Below are positions 28,436 to 37,663 of a DNA stretch of 64,000 nt, one piece after another. Positions within the stretch are counted from its first letter, which is position 1; each line of letters opens with the position of its first letter. The stretch spans positions 31,127 to 95,126 of the forward strand of contig JBBRLX010000013.1 of NCBI GenBank assembly GCA_038231135.1, read 5' to 3'. Below the pieces are notes generated by a model that did no database searches, was not told the DNA's origin, and saw only the letters and a program-made list of their open reading frames with translations. The DNA comes from Candidatus Eiseniibacteriota bacterium (GTDB lineage: Bacteria; Eisenbacteria; RBG-16-71-46). Both the position numbers and the translations under genes were made by a program.

Positions 28436-30151
28436 TTGCCCACCGATCGAGAGTTCCCGAGCCGCGCCGCCACCGCGTTCCGCGCGATCGCGCTCGGGGT
28501 GGGGCTGGCGGTCGCCGCGATCCTCGCGTCCTGCCGGGAGGGCCCGAACCCCCGCGCCTACGCCCCGGGCCCCGCACTCGACGGGCCGCGCCAGCGTGGC
28601 GGACATGCGGTATTCGTACGCGAGGACGATCCCGACTTCCTCGACCCGGCGCTGTCCTACGGTACCTACACGGCGCCCGTCATCCTCGGCGTGTTCCGCA
28701 CGCTGCTCGAGTATGCCGATTCGACCGGGCTGCCCGGCACCCGGCTCGTTCCCGAGCTGGCGCAGAGCCTGCCCGACGTCCGTGAGGACGGCAGGCTCTA
28801 CTGCTTCAAGATCCGCCCCGACGCACGATTCTCGGCGCCCGTGCGGCGGCACGTCACCGCGGCCGATTTCAAGTATTCGATGGAGCGGCTGTTCAAGGTC
28901 GGGTCGCCGGGCATCAATTTCTACCGCAACATCGTGGGCGTCCAGACGGTGCTCGAGGGACGCGACACCCTGGTCCAGGGCATCGTGGCCCACGGTGATT
29001 CCCTGTACTTCCGGCTGCTCCACCCCGATCCGGTATTCACCTCGGTGCTCACGCTGCCGTTCACGGCGCCGGTGCCGCGCGAGATCGCGTCCCAGCATCC
29101 GAACGATTTCTCACAGCACACGGTCTCGACCGGTCCGTTCATGGTGGCCGAGTTCACCCCGCGCCGCCGCGTGATCCTGGTGCGGAACCCCGACTACTTC
29201 GGCACTCCCGCGTGGCTCGACACGTTCGAGTTGCGCCTCGGCGTTTCCGCGCTCAACGGCGTCGGCTTGATCCGGCGCGGCCTGGCGGACGGGGGATTCT
29301 TCGAATTGCCGGCGGGCGAGTTCGCACGCCTGCGCGGCGACCCATGGTGGCATAACCAGGTGATGCTCGCCGACGGCATCAACACGGAGTACCTGTTCAT
29401 GAACACGCGCATCAAGCCGTTCGACGACGTGCGGGTGCGGCAGGCGGTGAACTGGGCGATCGACCGGCGCGCGATCGCCAAGGCGTATTCCGGCAAGGGC
29501 GTCCCCGCCGGTGAGTTCATGCCGCCGAGCATGCCGGGGTTCGTAGCGCTCGGCCGCTATCAGGGTCCCGACACCGCGAAGGCGCGCGCGCTGCTGCGCG
29601 CCGCCGGGTATCCGAACGGCATCCAGGCCACGCTGTACGGCTGGACCGTCGAGCCCAGCCCGCGCATGCTCGCGCTGCTCCAGCAGGAGCTCGATCAGGC
29701 CGGCATCCACACCCGGCTCGACATCGGCGAAGCCGCCGGTTACACCAGCATGGCCGAGAACGTCTCGAACCACATCGCGTTCGGCATGTACAGCTGGTAC
29801 GCGGACTATCTCGATCCGTCGAACTTCTTCGACACGCTGCTGAACGGCCATCGCATTCAGCCGATCCACAACAACAACCTGAGCCTGTACGACGATCCGC
29901 TCACGAACGAGCTGATCGATCGGGCGATGGCGACGGCGGATGACTCCACGCGCATCCACCTGTGGCAACGCGTGGACCGGCGCGTCATGGACATGGCGCC
30001 GATCGCCCCCACGCTGCACCTGCAGGAGAGCCGGTTCTTCGGCCCGCGACTGGGGGGCTGGTATCGCCACGTGACGCGCCTGCTGAAGATCGAGGATCTC
30101 TACATCAAGCGGCCCGCGGCGGACACGGCGCGCGCGGGAGCACCGGCGTGA
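28436..30151 (+). CDS. ABC transporter substrate-binding lipoprotein, family 5 (peptide/nickel)
   Basis: Lipobox ILASC; 'LDPA', 'PELAQSLP..DGRLYCFKIR', 'STGPF', 'PFDDVRVRQAVNWAIDR'. Confidence 0.92.
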   Translation: MPTDREFPSRAATAFRAIALGVGLAVAAILASCREGPNPRAYAPGPALDGPRQRGGHAVFVREDDPDFLDPALSYGTYTAPVILGVFRTLLEYADSTGLPGTRLVPELAQSLPDVREDGRLYCFKIRPDARFSAPVRRHVTAADFKYSMERLFKVGSPGINFYRNIVGVQTVLEGRDTLVQGIVAHGDSLYFRLLHPDPVFTSVLTLPFTAPVPREIASQHPNDFSQHTVSTGPFMVAEFTPRRRVILVRNPDYFGTPAWLDTFELRLGVSALNGVGLIRRGLADGGFFELPAGEFARLRGDPWWHNQVMLADGINTEYLFMNTRIKPFDDVRVRQAVNWAIDRRAIAKAYSGKGVPAGEFMPPSMPGFVALGRYQGPDTAKARALLRAAGYPNGIQATLYGWTVEPSPRMLALLQQELDQAGIHTRLDIGEAAGYTSMAENVSNHIAFGMYSWYADYLDPSNFFDTLLNGHRIQPIHNNNLSLYDDPLTNELIDRAMATADDSTRIHLWQRVDRRVMDMAPIAPTLHLQESRFFGPRLGGWYRHVTRLLKIEDLYIKRPAADTARAGAPA

Positions 30152-30197
30152 GCGGCCCGGCAGCGGCGCCCGGCGCCGCGACCTCCATGTTGGCGGC

Positions 30198-31145
30198 ATG
30201 AGCGCCGAACCCATCGACGCCGTCGGCGTGCCGCCGGTGACGCCGCTGTGGCACGACCTGTGGCGCCGGTTCGCGAGCGACGGCGCCGCTGTGGCGGGGC
30301 TCGTGGGCCTGGCGATCGTCGTGCTGGGAGCGCTCGCCGCGCCGTGGATCGTGCACGACGTGCTGCATCAATCCCCGTTCGACCAGCGCCTGATGGAGCA
30401 CATCACGATCCACGGCCGCCAGACCGACGTGGTGTCGGACCTGGGGCTGCCCGTGGGCCCGAATCCCGCGTTCCCGCTGGGCGCCGATCTCGTGGGCCGC
30501 GACGTGCTGTCGCGGATCCTCTATGGCGCGCGCGTGTCGCTGGTCATCTCGAGCCTGGGGACGCTGCTGGCGCTGCTGCTCGGACTCGCCGCCGGGCTGC
30601 TGGCGGGGTACTACCGTGGCGTGTGGGACATGGTGATCTCGCGATTCGTCGACGCGATGATGGCGATCCCGGTGCTGCTGCTCGCGATCGCGCTGGCGTC
30701 GGTGCTCCGCTCCGGCAGCATGGTGATGATGGTGCTGATCCTCGCGATGGTGAACTGGACCTACCTTGCGCGCATCGTGCGGGCCGAGGTGCTGTCGCTG
30801 CGCGAGCGCGACTTCATCGAGGCGGCACGGGCGCTCGGGGCCGGCGACCGCGCGATCCTGGCGCGCCATCTGCTGCCCAACCTGGCGGGGCCGGTGATCG
30901 TGTTCTCGACGCTGTCGCTCGCCGGCAACATCCTGCTCGAGAGCGCGCTGTCGTACCTCGGCGTCGGAATCCAGGCGCCCACGCCGTCGTGGGGCAACAT
31001 GATCCAGGAAGGCCTGCCGCTGTTCAACGTGGCGTGGTGGATCACGGTGTTCCCGGGCCTCGCGATCATCCTCACCGTGCTCAGCCTGAATCTCGTGGGC
31101 GACGGCGTGAAGCAGGCCATCGATCCGCGCGGCGGCGACGCATGA
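30198..31145 (+). CDS. ABC transporter permease (OppC/DppC-like)
   Basis: 'PLGADLVGRDVLSRILYGARVSL', EAA loop 'FIEAARALGA', 'ESALSYLGVG..PSWG'. Confidence 0.93.
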   Translation: MSAEPIDAVGVPPVTPLWHDLWRRFASDGAAVAGLVGLAIVVLGALAAPWIVHDVLHQSPFDQRLMEHITIHGRQTDVVSDLGLPVGPNPAFPLGADLVGRDVLSRILYGARVSLVISSLGTLLALLLGLAAGLLAGYYRGVWDMVISRFVDAMMAIPVLLLAIALASVLRSGSMVMMVLILAMVNWTYLARIVRAEVLSLRERDFIEAARALGAGDRAILARHLLPNLAGPVIVFSTLSLAGNILLESALSYLGVGIQAPTPSWGNMIQEGLPLFNVAWWITVFPGLAIILTVLSLNLVGDGVKQAIDPRGGDA

Positions 31146-32092
31146 TCACCTGGCTGATTCGCCGGCTGCTGTGGAGCGGCCTGGTGCTGCTGATCGTCAC
31201 CGCGGTGACGTTCACGATCTTCTTCGCCGTGCCCGGCAAACCGGCCGAACTGATCGCCGGCAAGTACGCGTCGAAGGAGACGATCGCGCTGATCGAGAAG
31301 CGGCTCGGCCTCGATCAACCGGCGCCCGTCCAGTTCGTGCGGTTCGCCGGCAATGCCGTGCGCGGCGACTGGGGCTACTCCTACGTGAGCCAGCAGCCGG
31401 TGCTCGGCACCATCCTGACGGCGTTTCCGAAGACGCTGTCGCTCACCGTGGGCGCGGTGCTGCTGTGGCTGCTGGTAGGCATCCCGCTCGGGGTGCTGGG
31501 CGCGACGCGGCCCAGGTCGTCGTGGGATCGAGCCGCGACGGTGTTCGCGCTCGTCGGCATCTCGGCCCCCGCCTACTGGGTCGGCCTCGTGCTGCTGAGC
31601 CTGTTCGCCGACCGGCTCGGCTGGTTCCCGCTCGGCGAATACGTCGCGGTCACCGAGGGCGGCGTCGCGTCGTGGGCGCTGCACCTGGTGCTGCCGTGGG
31701 TGACGCTGGCACTGCTGTATGCCGGGTTCTACGCGCGGTTCACGCGCTCAACAATGCTCGACGTCGGGCGGCTCGACTACGTGCGCACTGCGCGCGCCAA
31801 GGGTCTCGCCGAAGGCGACGTGGTGTCGCGCCACATCCTGCGCAACGCGCTGCTGCCGATCGTGACGCTGCTCGGCATCGACATCGCGTATCTGATGGGC
31901 GGCGCCGTGCTCACGGAATCCGTGTTCGGCATCCCGGGGATCGGCGGCCTGGCGTGGAAGGCGATCCGCCAGCGCGATCTGCCGATGGTGATGGGGACCG
32001 TGCTGTTCTCGGCCATCTTCATCGTGCTCGCGAACCTGGTCGTGGACGTGTTCTATCGCACACTCGATCCGAGGATTCAGACGGAAGGCTGA
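31142..32092 (+). CDS. ABC transporter permease (OppB/DppB-like)
   Basis: 'LGLDQP..GDWGYS', 'DYVRTARAKGL', 'HILRNALLP', 'TESVFGIPGIG', 'LDPRI'. Confidence 0.93.
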   Translation: MITWLIRRLLWSGLVLLIVTAVTFTIFFAVPGKPAELIAGKYASKETIALIEKRLGLDQPAPVQFVRFAGNAVRGDWGYSYVSQQPVLGTILTAFPKTLSLTVGAVLLWLLVGIPLGVLGATRPRSSWDRAATVFALVGISAPAYWVGLVLLSLFADRLGWFPLGEYVAVTEGGVASWALHLVLPWVTLALLYAGFYARFTRSTMLDVGRLDYVRTARAKGLAEGDVVSRHILRNALLPIVTLLGIDIAYLMGGAVLTESVFGIPGIGGLAWKAIRQRDLPMVMGTVLFSAIFIVLANLVVDVFYRTLDPRIQTEG

Positions 32093-32097
32093 GATGG

Positions 32098-33426
32098 CTA
32101 GCGATGCCCCGCGTGCATCGGCGAATCCGGCCGCACGGTCACGCCCATCGCGGCGCACATCGAGCGTGCCGCGCGCTTGCCGTCCTGCGCGGCGTTCACG
32201 ACCTCCTGCCCGCCGCTGGTCGCGTCACCGCCGGCCCACACCTTGCGGTTGCCGGTCAGGCCCGTCATCGGGTCCGCGACGACGCGGCCCTTCGGGTCGA
32301 TCGTGACGCCGGGCAGCGCCTCGGCCACCGCGCGCAGCTTGGCCTGGCCGATGCCGAGCACCGCGAGATCCGCGACCAGCTCGCCGCCGCCTTCGAGCTC
32401 GAGGCCGGTGAGCTGGCCGGCCACGTCGCGCAGGAACCGGTGGGGCACGGCGCGCTCGAGCATCACGACGCCGTCCTTGAGCGCCAGCTCCATCTCGTGG
32501 GCGTAGCCGGGCATCTCGGCCCGGGTGCGGCGATACACCAGGGTGACGCTCGGCACGCCGAGCTTCGCCAGCTCGCGAGCGGCGTCGATCGCGGTGTTGC
32601 CGCCGCCGATCACCAGCGCGCACTCGATGCCGTCGAGACCGAAGCCGGGTTCGAGCTTCATGCGCTCGATCCACTCGGTCGCCCCCAGCACTCCGGGACC
32701 CTGCTCGCCCTCGATGCCGAGTCTGGCGTCGGCGCCGAGCCCCGTGCCCAGGAACACGCCGTCGTAATCCCGCAGCAGATCGGCGGGCTTGACGTCGCGG
32801 CCCACCTCGACGCCGTCGCGGATCGTGACGCCGAGCGAGCGGATGAAGTCGACCTCCATCAGCGCCCCGTCGACGTGCATCTTGTATGGCGCGACCCCGG
32901 TGACGTTGAGGCCGCCCGGCATCGTGTGGCGTTCGAACACCGTGACGTCGACGCCTTCGATCGCGAGGTAGCCGGCGGTCGCGAGCGACGCGGGCCCGCC
33001 ACCGATGCAGGCCACCTTGCGGCCCGCCTGCGGCGCCTTCGGGAACAGCGCCGCCGCGTTGCCGCGCTCGAACACCGCCTCGACCGAGTAGCGCTGCAGC
33101 CGTCCGATCTGGATCGGCGGATAGCGGTGCCAGTCGTTGTACACGCAGGCGCCGACGCACAGCACCTCGACCGGGCACACCCGGGCGCACGAATACCCCA
33201 GCAGGTTCGCCGACAGGATCCGGCTCGCGGAGCCGCGCACGTTGTCGGTCGCGATCTTCCGGATGAACCCCGGGATATCGATGCCGGTCGGACATGCCTC
33301 GACGCACGGCGCGTCGTGGCAGTACAGGCACCGGTTCGCCTCGGCGATCGCCTCGCCCTGCGTGTAGACGGGCTTCGAGTCGACGAGCTGGCGCTCCAGC
33401 CGGTCGATGGGAAGTTCGATGCTCAC
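32098..33426 (-). CDS. preT: Dihydropyrimidine dehydrogenase subunit PreT (GltD-like FAD/Fe-S)
   Basis: EANRCLYCHDAPCVEACPTGIDIP, CARVCPVEVLC, GGGPA, IGGGNTAID, GGD..VVNAAQDG; GTG start with GGAGG RBS; preA and hydA nearby. Confidence 0.88.
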   Translation of the reverse strand: MSIELPIDRLERQLVDSKPVYTQGEAIAEANRCLYCHDAPCVEACPTGIDIPGFIRKIATDNVRGSASRILSANLLGYSCARVCPVEVLCVGACVYNDWHRYPPIQIGRLQRYSVEAVFERGNAAALFPKAPQAGRKVACIGGGPASLATAGYLAIEGVDVTVFERHTMPGGLNVTGVAPYKMHVDGALMEVDFIRSLGVTIRDGVEVGRDVKPADLLRDYDGVFLGTGLGADARLGIEGEQGPGVLGATEWIERMKLEPGFGLDGIECALVIGGGNTAIDAARELAKLGVPSVTLVYRRTRAEMPGYAHEMELALKDGVVMLERAVPHRFLRDVAGQLTGLELEGGGELVADLAVLGIGQAKLRAVAEALPGVTIDPKGRVVADPMTGLTGNRKVWAGGDATSGGQEVVNAAQDGKRAARSMCAAMGVTVRPDSPMHAGHR

Positions 33427-33768
33427 GCGGATCCTCCCCGGTTTGCGTCGCCGAGTCTTGCGATCGTCGCGGGGTCCCAACGGGGCGAACGGCGCGGCGA
33501 TTGCAGCGATTGCTGAGATGGCGCCGCCCCAGGCGGCGCACGGATTCGGCGCATCATGCCATGTTTGGCGCCCGAGAGGAACATCGGGCGGACCCGATCC
33601 GGGGCGGGGTGCGAGGCCGGCCACCCCTAACCGCACGAACCCCAGGGAGCACGCATCCCGTCGAAGGTTGCCGCTTTGGTGACCGCTGGAGCATCATTCG
33701 GCGGAAATTCACCCCCGGATGCGGCGCTCCATGGCAGGATCGCGCTACCGGGCCCTCGAGGAGGTTGC

Positions 33769-34365
33769 ATGCCGCTGTCGCGTCCCGGTCCCACCCGAAT
33801 GATCCCATGGTTCGCAGTGCTCGTGGTCATGATCGCCCTGAGCCATGCGGCACCCGCACGCGCCGCCGGCGCCGCCAAGCCCACTCCCGCGCCCGTTCGG
33901 TTCAAGGCCGGCCCGTGCGACGCTCCGGAATGCCACCAGTTCGATTTCTGGATCGGCGACTGGGACGTGTTCACGTCCGATGGCCAGCTCGCGGGCACGA
34001 ACAAGGTCGAGCGTATCCTGGGTGGCTGCGTGCTGACGGAGAACTGGGAGGGCAGCAAGGGCAGCCAGGGCCGCAGCTTCAACATGTATTCGGCCGTCGA
34101 CAAGCAGTGGCGGCAGACCTGGGTCGACAACCAGGGGTCGCGGCTGGATCTGGCCGGGACGTTCGACGACGGCAAGATGGTGATGACCGGCGACACCACG
34201 ACCCCGGGCGGAGCTCCGCTCCACAATCGCATCACCTGGCAGCCGCTCCCGGACGGCCAGGTGAAACAACACTGGGAAGTGTCGCCGGATGGCGAGAAGT
34301 GGTCGGACGCGTTCCTCGGCTTCTATACCCGGCACAACGCGGACGGGAAAGGCGCCTCGAAATGA
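33769..34365 (+). CDS. Secreted hypothetical protein (DUF1579-like beta-barrel)
   Basis: Signal peptide; 'QFDFWIGDWDV..WRQTWVDNQG..QHWEVSPDG..W'; start may be 33799. Confidence 0.7.
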   Translation: MPLSRPGPTRMIPWFAVLVVMIALSHAAPARAAGAAKPTPAPVRFKAGPCDAPECHQFDFWIGDWDVFTSDGQLAGTNKVERILGGCVLTENWEGSKGSQGRSFNMYSAVDKQWRQTWVDNQGSRLDLAGTFDDGKMVMTGDTTTPGGAPLHNRITWQPLPDGQVKQHWEVSPDGEKWSDAFLGFYTRHNADGKGASK

Positions 34366-35357
34366 CGCCTCCCGCCAACACGCGGCTCGCTCACCCGAAG
34401 GGATGCGGATTCGGTTCACGGGTTTGCACGGGCGCCGGTTCGGCCGGCGCCGCCGTAATGGCGCTGGCGATCGTGGCGATGACCGCGCTGCCCGTTGCCG
34501 CCGCAGGCGCCGGGGACAACGCGTCCGTCAAGGCCGTCGACGAGATCGCGGCCGCCGAGCGCTCGTTCTCGGGGATGTCCGTGGAGAAGAACATGCGCGA
34601 CGCGTTCGTCGAGTTTCTCGCCGACGACGGCATCATATTCCGGCCGCTCGCCGTCGTCGGGAAGCCGATCTGGCAGGCGCGAACCCCGACCAAGGCGACC
34701 CTGATCTGGGAGCCGGGCATCGCCGAGGCCTCCGCGGCCGGCGATCTCGGATGGGACACGGGGCCGTGGGAGTTCCGGCCGCCGGCCGACAGCACCGGCG
34801 CGCCGCCGCCCGCGGATCAGATCGGGCACGGCTATTTCACTTCCGTCTGGGCGAAGCAGCCGAATGGACGCTGGCGCGTGGCGTTCGATTGCGGCACCAG
34901 CAACGCGAAGCCCGAGCACGGCGGGCTGGGTGAGGTGAAATTCGAGGCGAAGCCCGAACACGCGTGGGCGAAGGGCCTGAAGAAGACCGCGCGGGCGCGC
35001 GCGAACCTGGTCGCGATCGAGCGGCTGTATGCCCGGGATGCGAAGCAGCAGGGCGCGGCCGCACTCGACACCTGGGGCACGTCCGACCTGCGATTCAATC
35101 GCGAAGGCGACTATCCCGCGCAGGGCCGCGACGCGGCGAAGGCCGCCACCCACGCCGCGGCGGACCTGGTGCGGTTCGTGCCGTCAGGCTCACGCGTGTC
35201 CGAGAGCGACGATCTCGGATATACGTTTGGAGTGGTCGAGCGCATGGCAGCGCGCTCGGAGGCCCCCGACTCGAGCGTCTACCTGCACGTGTGGCGCAAG
35301 GAGGCCGATCACCGGTGGCGCATGGCCGCGATCGTGGAGAACCCGCTCAAGAAATGA
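34362..35357 (+). CDS. Secreted protein with two SnoaL/NTF2-like (DUF4440-like) domains
   Basis: 'AAAERSF..AFVEFLADDG..LIWEP..GDLGWDTGPW..YFTSVWAKQPNGRWR', repeated as 'SDDLGYTFG..YLHVWRKE..WR'; start may be 34458. Confidence 0.75.
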   Translation: MTPPANTRLAHPKGCGFGSRVCTGAGSAGAAVMALAIVAMTALPVAAAGAGDNASVKAVDEIAAAERSFSGMSVEKNMRDAFVEFLADDGIIFRPLAVVGKPIWQARTPTKATLIWEPGIAEASAAGDLGWDTGPWEFRPPADSTGAPPPADQIGHGYFTSVWAKQPNGRWRVAFDCGTSNAKPEHGGLGEVKFEAKPEHAWAKGLKKTARARANLVAIERLYARDAKQQGAAALDTWGTSDLRFNREGDYPAQGRDAAKAATHAAADLVRFVPSGSRVSESDDLGYTFGVVERMAARSEAPDSSVYLHVWRKEADHRWRMAAIVENPLKK

Positions 35358-35358
35358 T

Positions 35359-36777
35359 TTACGTCCGCACTCCCGCCGGGTGCTCCGCGCCGCGGAGCAC
35401 CGGCGACACGGTGCGCTTGATGAACCGTCCGGCCCCACGCTCGACCTTGAGTTTGCCATCGGCGAACTGCACGCGGCCGTTCACCACCACATAGGTCGGC
35501 TGTCCTTTCACCGGGAAGCCCTCGAAGATGCTGCGGTCGGCCCTGGAGAAGTGCGTGCGCGCGCTGCGCGTGCCGGTCGCCTTGGGATCGTAGACCACGA
35601 GATCGGCATCGGCGCCCACCGCGATCGCGCCCTTGCGCGCCAGCCCGAAGATCCGCGCGGGGTTCGTGCTGCCGAGCTCGACCATGCGCTGCAGGTCGAA
35701 GCGCCCCTCGCACACGCCGTACGTGTACAGGATCTGCAACCGGTCCTCGACGCCCGCCGCGCCGTTCGGGATCTTCATGAAATCGCCGAGGCCCATCTTC
35801 TTCTGCTCGAACGTGAACGGGCAGTGATCGGTGCCGACCGTGTCGAGCATGCGGTTGCCGAGCGCGCGCCACAGCGCGTCGTGGTGGCCCAGGTGGGCCG
35901 GCCGGATCGGCGGGCTCATCACGTAGGTCGAGCCTTCGAAGTTCGGCTTCGTGAACACCGAGTCGTCGAGCAGCAGGTACTGCGGGCAGGTCTCGCCATA
36001 GCAGCGCTGGCCCTCGAGCTTCGCGCGCACCAGCGCCTCGACGGACTCGCGGCAGGTCATGTGCACAATGTAGGCGCGGGTGCCGTGCAGCCGCGCCATC
36101 ATGAGCGCACGATTCGTCGCCTCGCCCTCCACGCTGCTCGGACGCGACACCGGGTGGAACTCGGGGCCGAGCTGGCCCTTCGCCACCAGTTCCTTCTGCA
36201 GGTTGAACACCGCGTCGCCGTTCTCGGCGTGCACCGTGACGACGGCGCCCAGCTTCGCCGCCTGCTTCATCACCTGATACAGCTCGCCGTCGTCCACCAT
36301 CAGCGCGCCCTTGTAGGCCATGAACACCTTGAACGACGTGATGCCGTGATCCTCGACGACCTGGCGCATCTCGTCCGCGGTCTTGTCGTTCCACCCCGTG
36401 ATCGCCATGTGGAACGTGTAGTCGGCGACCGCCTTCTTCGAGCTGCCGTACCAGATCTCGAGCGCGTCGAGCAGCGACTGGCCGCGGTTCGGGATGCAGA
36501 AGTCGATGATGCTCGTCGTGCCGCCCGCGACGCCGGACGCGGTGCCCGACTCGAAGTCGTCGGCCGATACGGTGCCCATGAACGGCAGCTCCATGTGGAC
36601 GTGCGGATCGATGAATCCCGGGAACACGTACTGCCCGGATGCGTCGATCACCTCGTCGCCCGCCGACTTCTCGAGGCCGGTACCGATGTCGACGATGCGC
36701 CCGCCCTCGCACCGCACATCCGCGACGTACTGCTCGCTCGCGGTGACGACCTCGCCGTTCTTGATCAGGACTCCCAT
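35359..36777 (-). CDS. hydA: Dihydropyrimidinase (D-hydantoinase)
   Basis: PGFIDPHVHM, GGTTSIIDF, SFKVFMAYKG, VHAENGD, GETCPQYL, MSPP, TDHCPF, IPNG. Confidence 0.95.
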   Translation of the reverse strand: MGVLIKNGEVVTASEQYVADVRCEGGRIVDIGTGLEKSAGDEVIDASGQYVFPGFIDPHVHMELPFMGTVSADDFESGTASGVAGGTTSIIDFCIPNRGQSLLDALEIWYGSSKKAVADYTFHMAITGWNDKTADEMRQVVEDHGITSFKVFMAYKGALMVDDGELYQVMKQAAKLGAVVTVHAENGDAVFNLQKELVAKGQLGPEFHPVSRPSSVEGEATNRALMMARLHGTRAYIVHMTCRESVEALVRAKLEGQRCYGETCPQYLLLDDSVFTKPNFEGSTYVMSPPIRPAHLGHHDALWRALGNRMLDTVGTDHCPFTFEQKKMGLGDFMKIPNGAAGVEDRLQILYTYGVCEGRFDLQRMVELGSTNPARIFGLARKGAIAVGADADLVVYDPKATGTRSARTHFSRADRSIFEGFPVKGQPTYVVVNGRVQFADGKLKVERGAGRFIKRTVSPVLRGAEHPAGVRT

Positions 36778-36859
36778 GACTTCCTCCGAATCGTTCAGAC
36801 GCCAGCGTCGGTTCGTCGATCCAACCATGCCCCCGGATGTCGGGCAAACGGCTCCAGAT

Positions 36860-37543
36860 TCAGCCCCCGCGCTGGTACTCCACGAGCCGCATCCACGGCC
36901 GCGAGTCGTCCACTCCTTCGCAGGACTCGAGCACGAAGCCGTCCTCGTCCGCCCAGAACGCGTAGCCCTGGTCCTCGGGTGCCGGCGGGATGCTCACGAC
37001 GTAGCGCTTGGCGTTCACCGTGCCGAACGGCGTCGCGAGCGCGCGCTGCTCGATGCAGCGATACAGCATGCGCTCGGGCGTCACCGCCATGTACGGCGGC
37101 CCGATGCGCAGCACCGGGAACTCGTGTTCGCCGCCGAGCTGGAAGTCGCGCCGCGCGAGCACGATGGTATTGAACAGGTGCGTGCCGTAGTCGACCTCGC
37201 AGAATGCCGGGAAGTCGCCCTCCTGCTCCTTCACGTGGTCCTCGTACTCCATGCGCACCCGCCACATGTCGCCGCCGGCCCGGTGCGTCGACACCAGCGT
37301 GCGGCCGCCCACCTGCCACAGGATCTCGAGTCCGGTCAGCCGCCAGTCGCGGGTGAGCGTCGCGCGGTATTCCTGCCGGCTCGGAAACGGGTGCGGCTGG
37401 ATCAGCTCCTGGTCGCCGGTGATCACGTAGCCGTCGGGACCGCTCTCCAGCCGCCAGCGCTCGGTGCCGCACTCGTGCCCGCCGAAGAACAGCGCGTAGC
37501 GCCCCGACGCGACGGTCGTCGGAGCCTTCACTGCCGGTATCAT
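36860..37543 (-). CDS. Hypothetical protein, putative glycolipid-binding-like beta-sheet fold
   Basis: Beta-rich; 'EVDYGTHLFNT', 'FWADEDGFVL'; codon usage like backbone genes. Confidence 0.55.
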   Translation of the reverse strand: MIPAVKAPTTVASGRYALFFGGHECGTERWRLESGPDGYVITGDQELIQPHPFPSRQEYRATLTRDWRLTGLEILWQVGGRTLVSTHRAGGDMWRVRMEYEDHVKEQEGDFPAFCEVDYGTHLFNTIVLARRDFQLGGEHEFPVLRIGPPYMAVTPERMLYRCIEQRALATPFGTVNAKRYVVSIPPAPEDQGYAFWADEDGFVLESCEGVDDSRPWMRLVEYQRGG

Positions 37544-37663
37544 GTGCGGGGTACCCCTGTTCCGGAGAGTAAGGGCCGGTGCGCCTCTGCGATTGGGATC
37601 GCGTCCCCGAAGAATATACCAGCATGCGCTCCGGTGCCGGTGGCCAGTAGCCAGCATCGCCGT

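Noticed and set aside
32098..33426. Calling this gene gltD
   Set aside because: No gltB adjacent; preA and hydA nearby and the CLYCHDAPC motif favour preT
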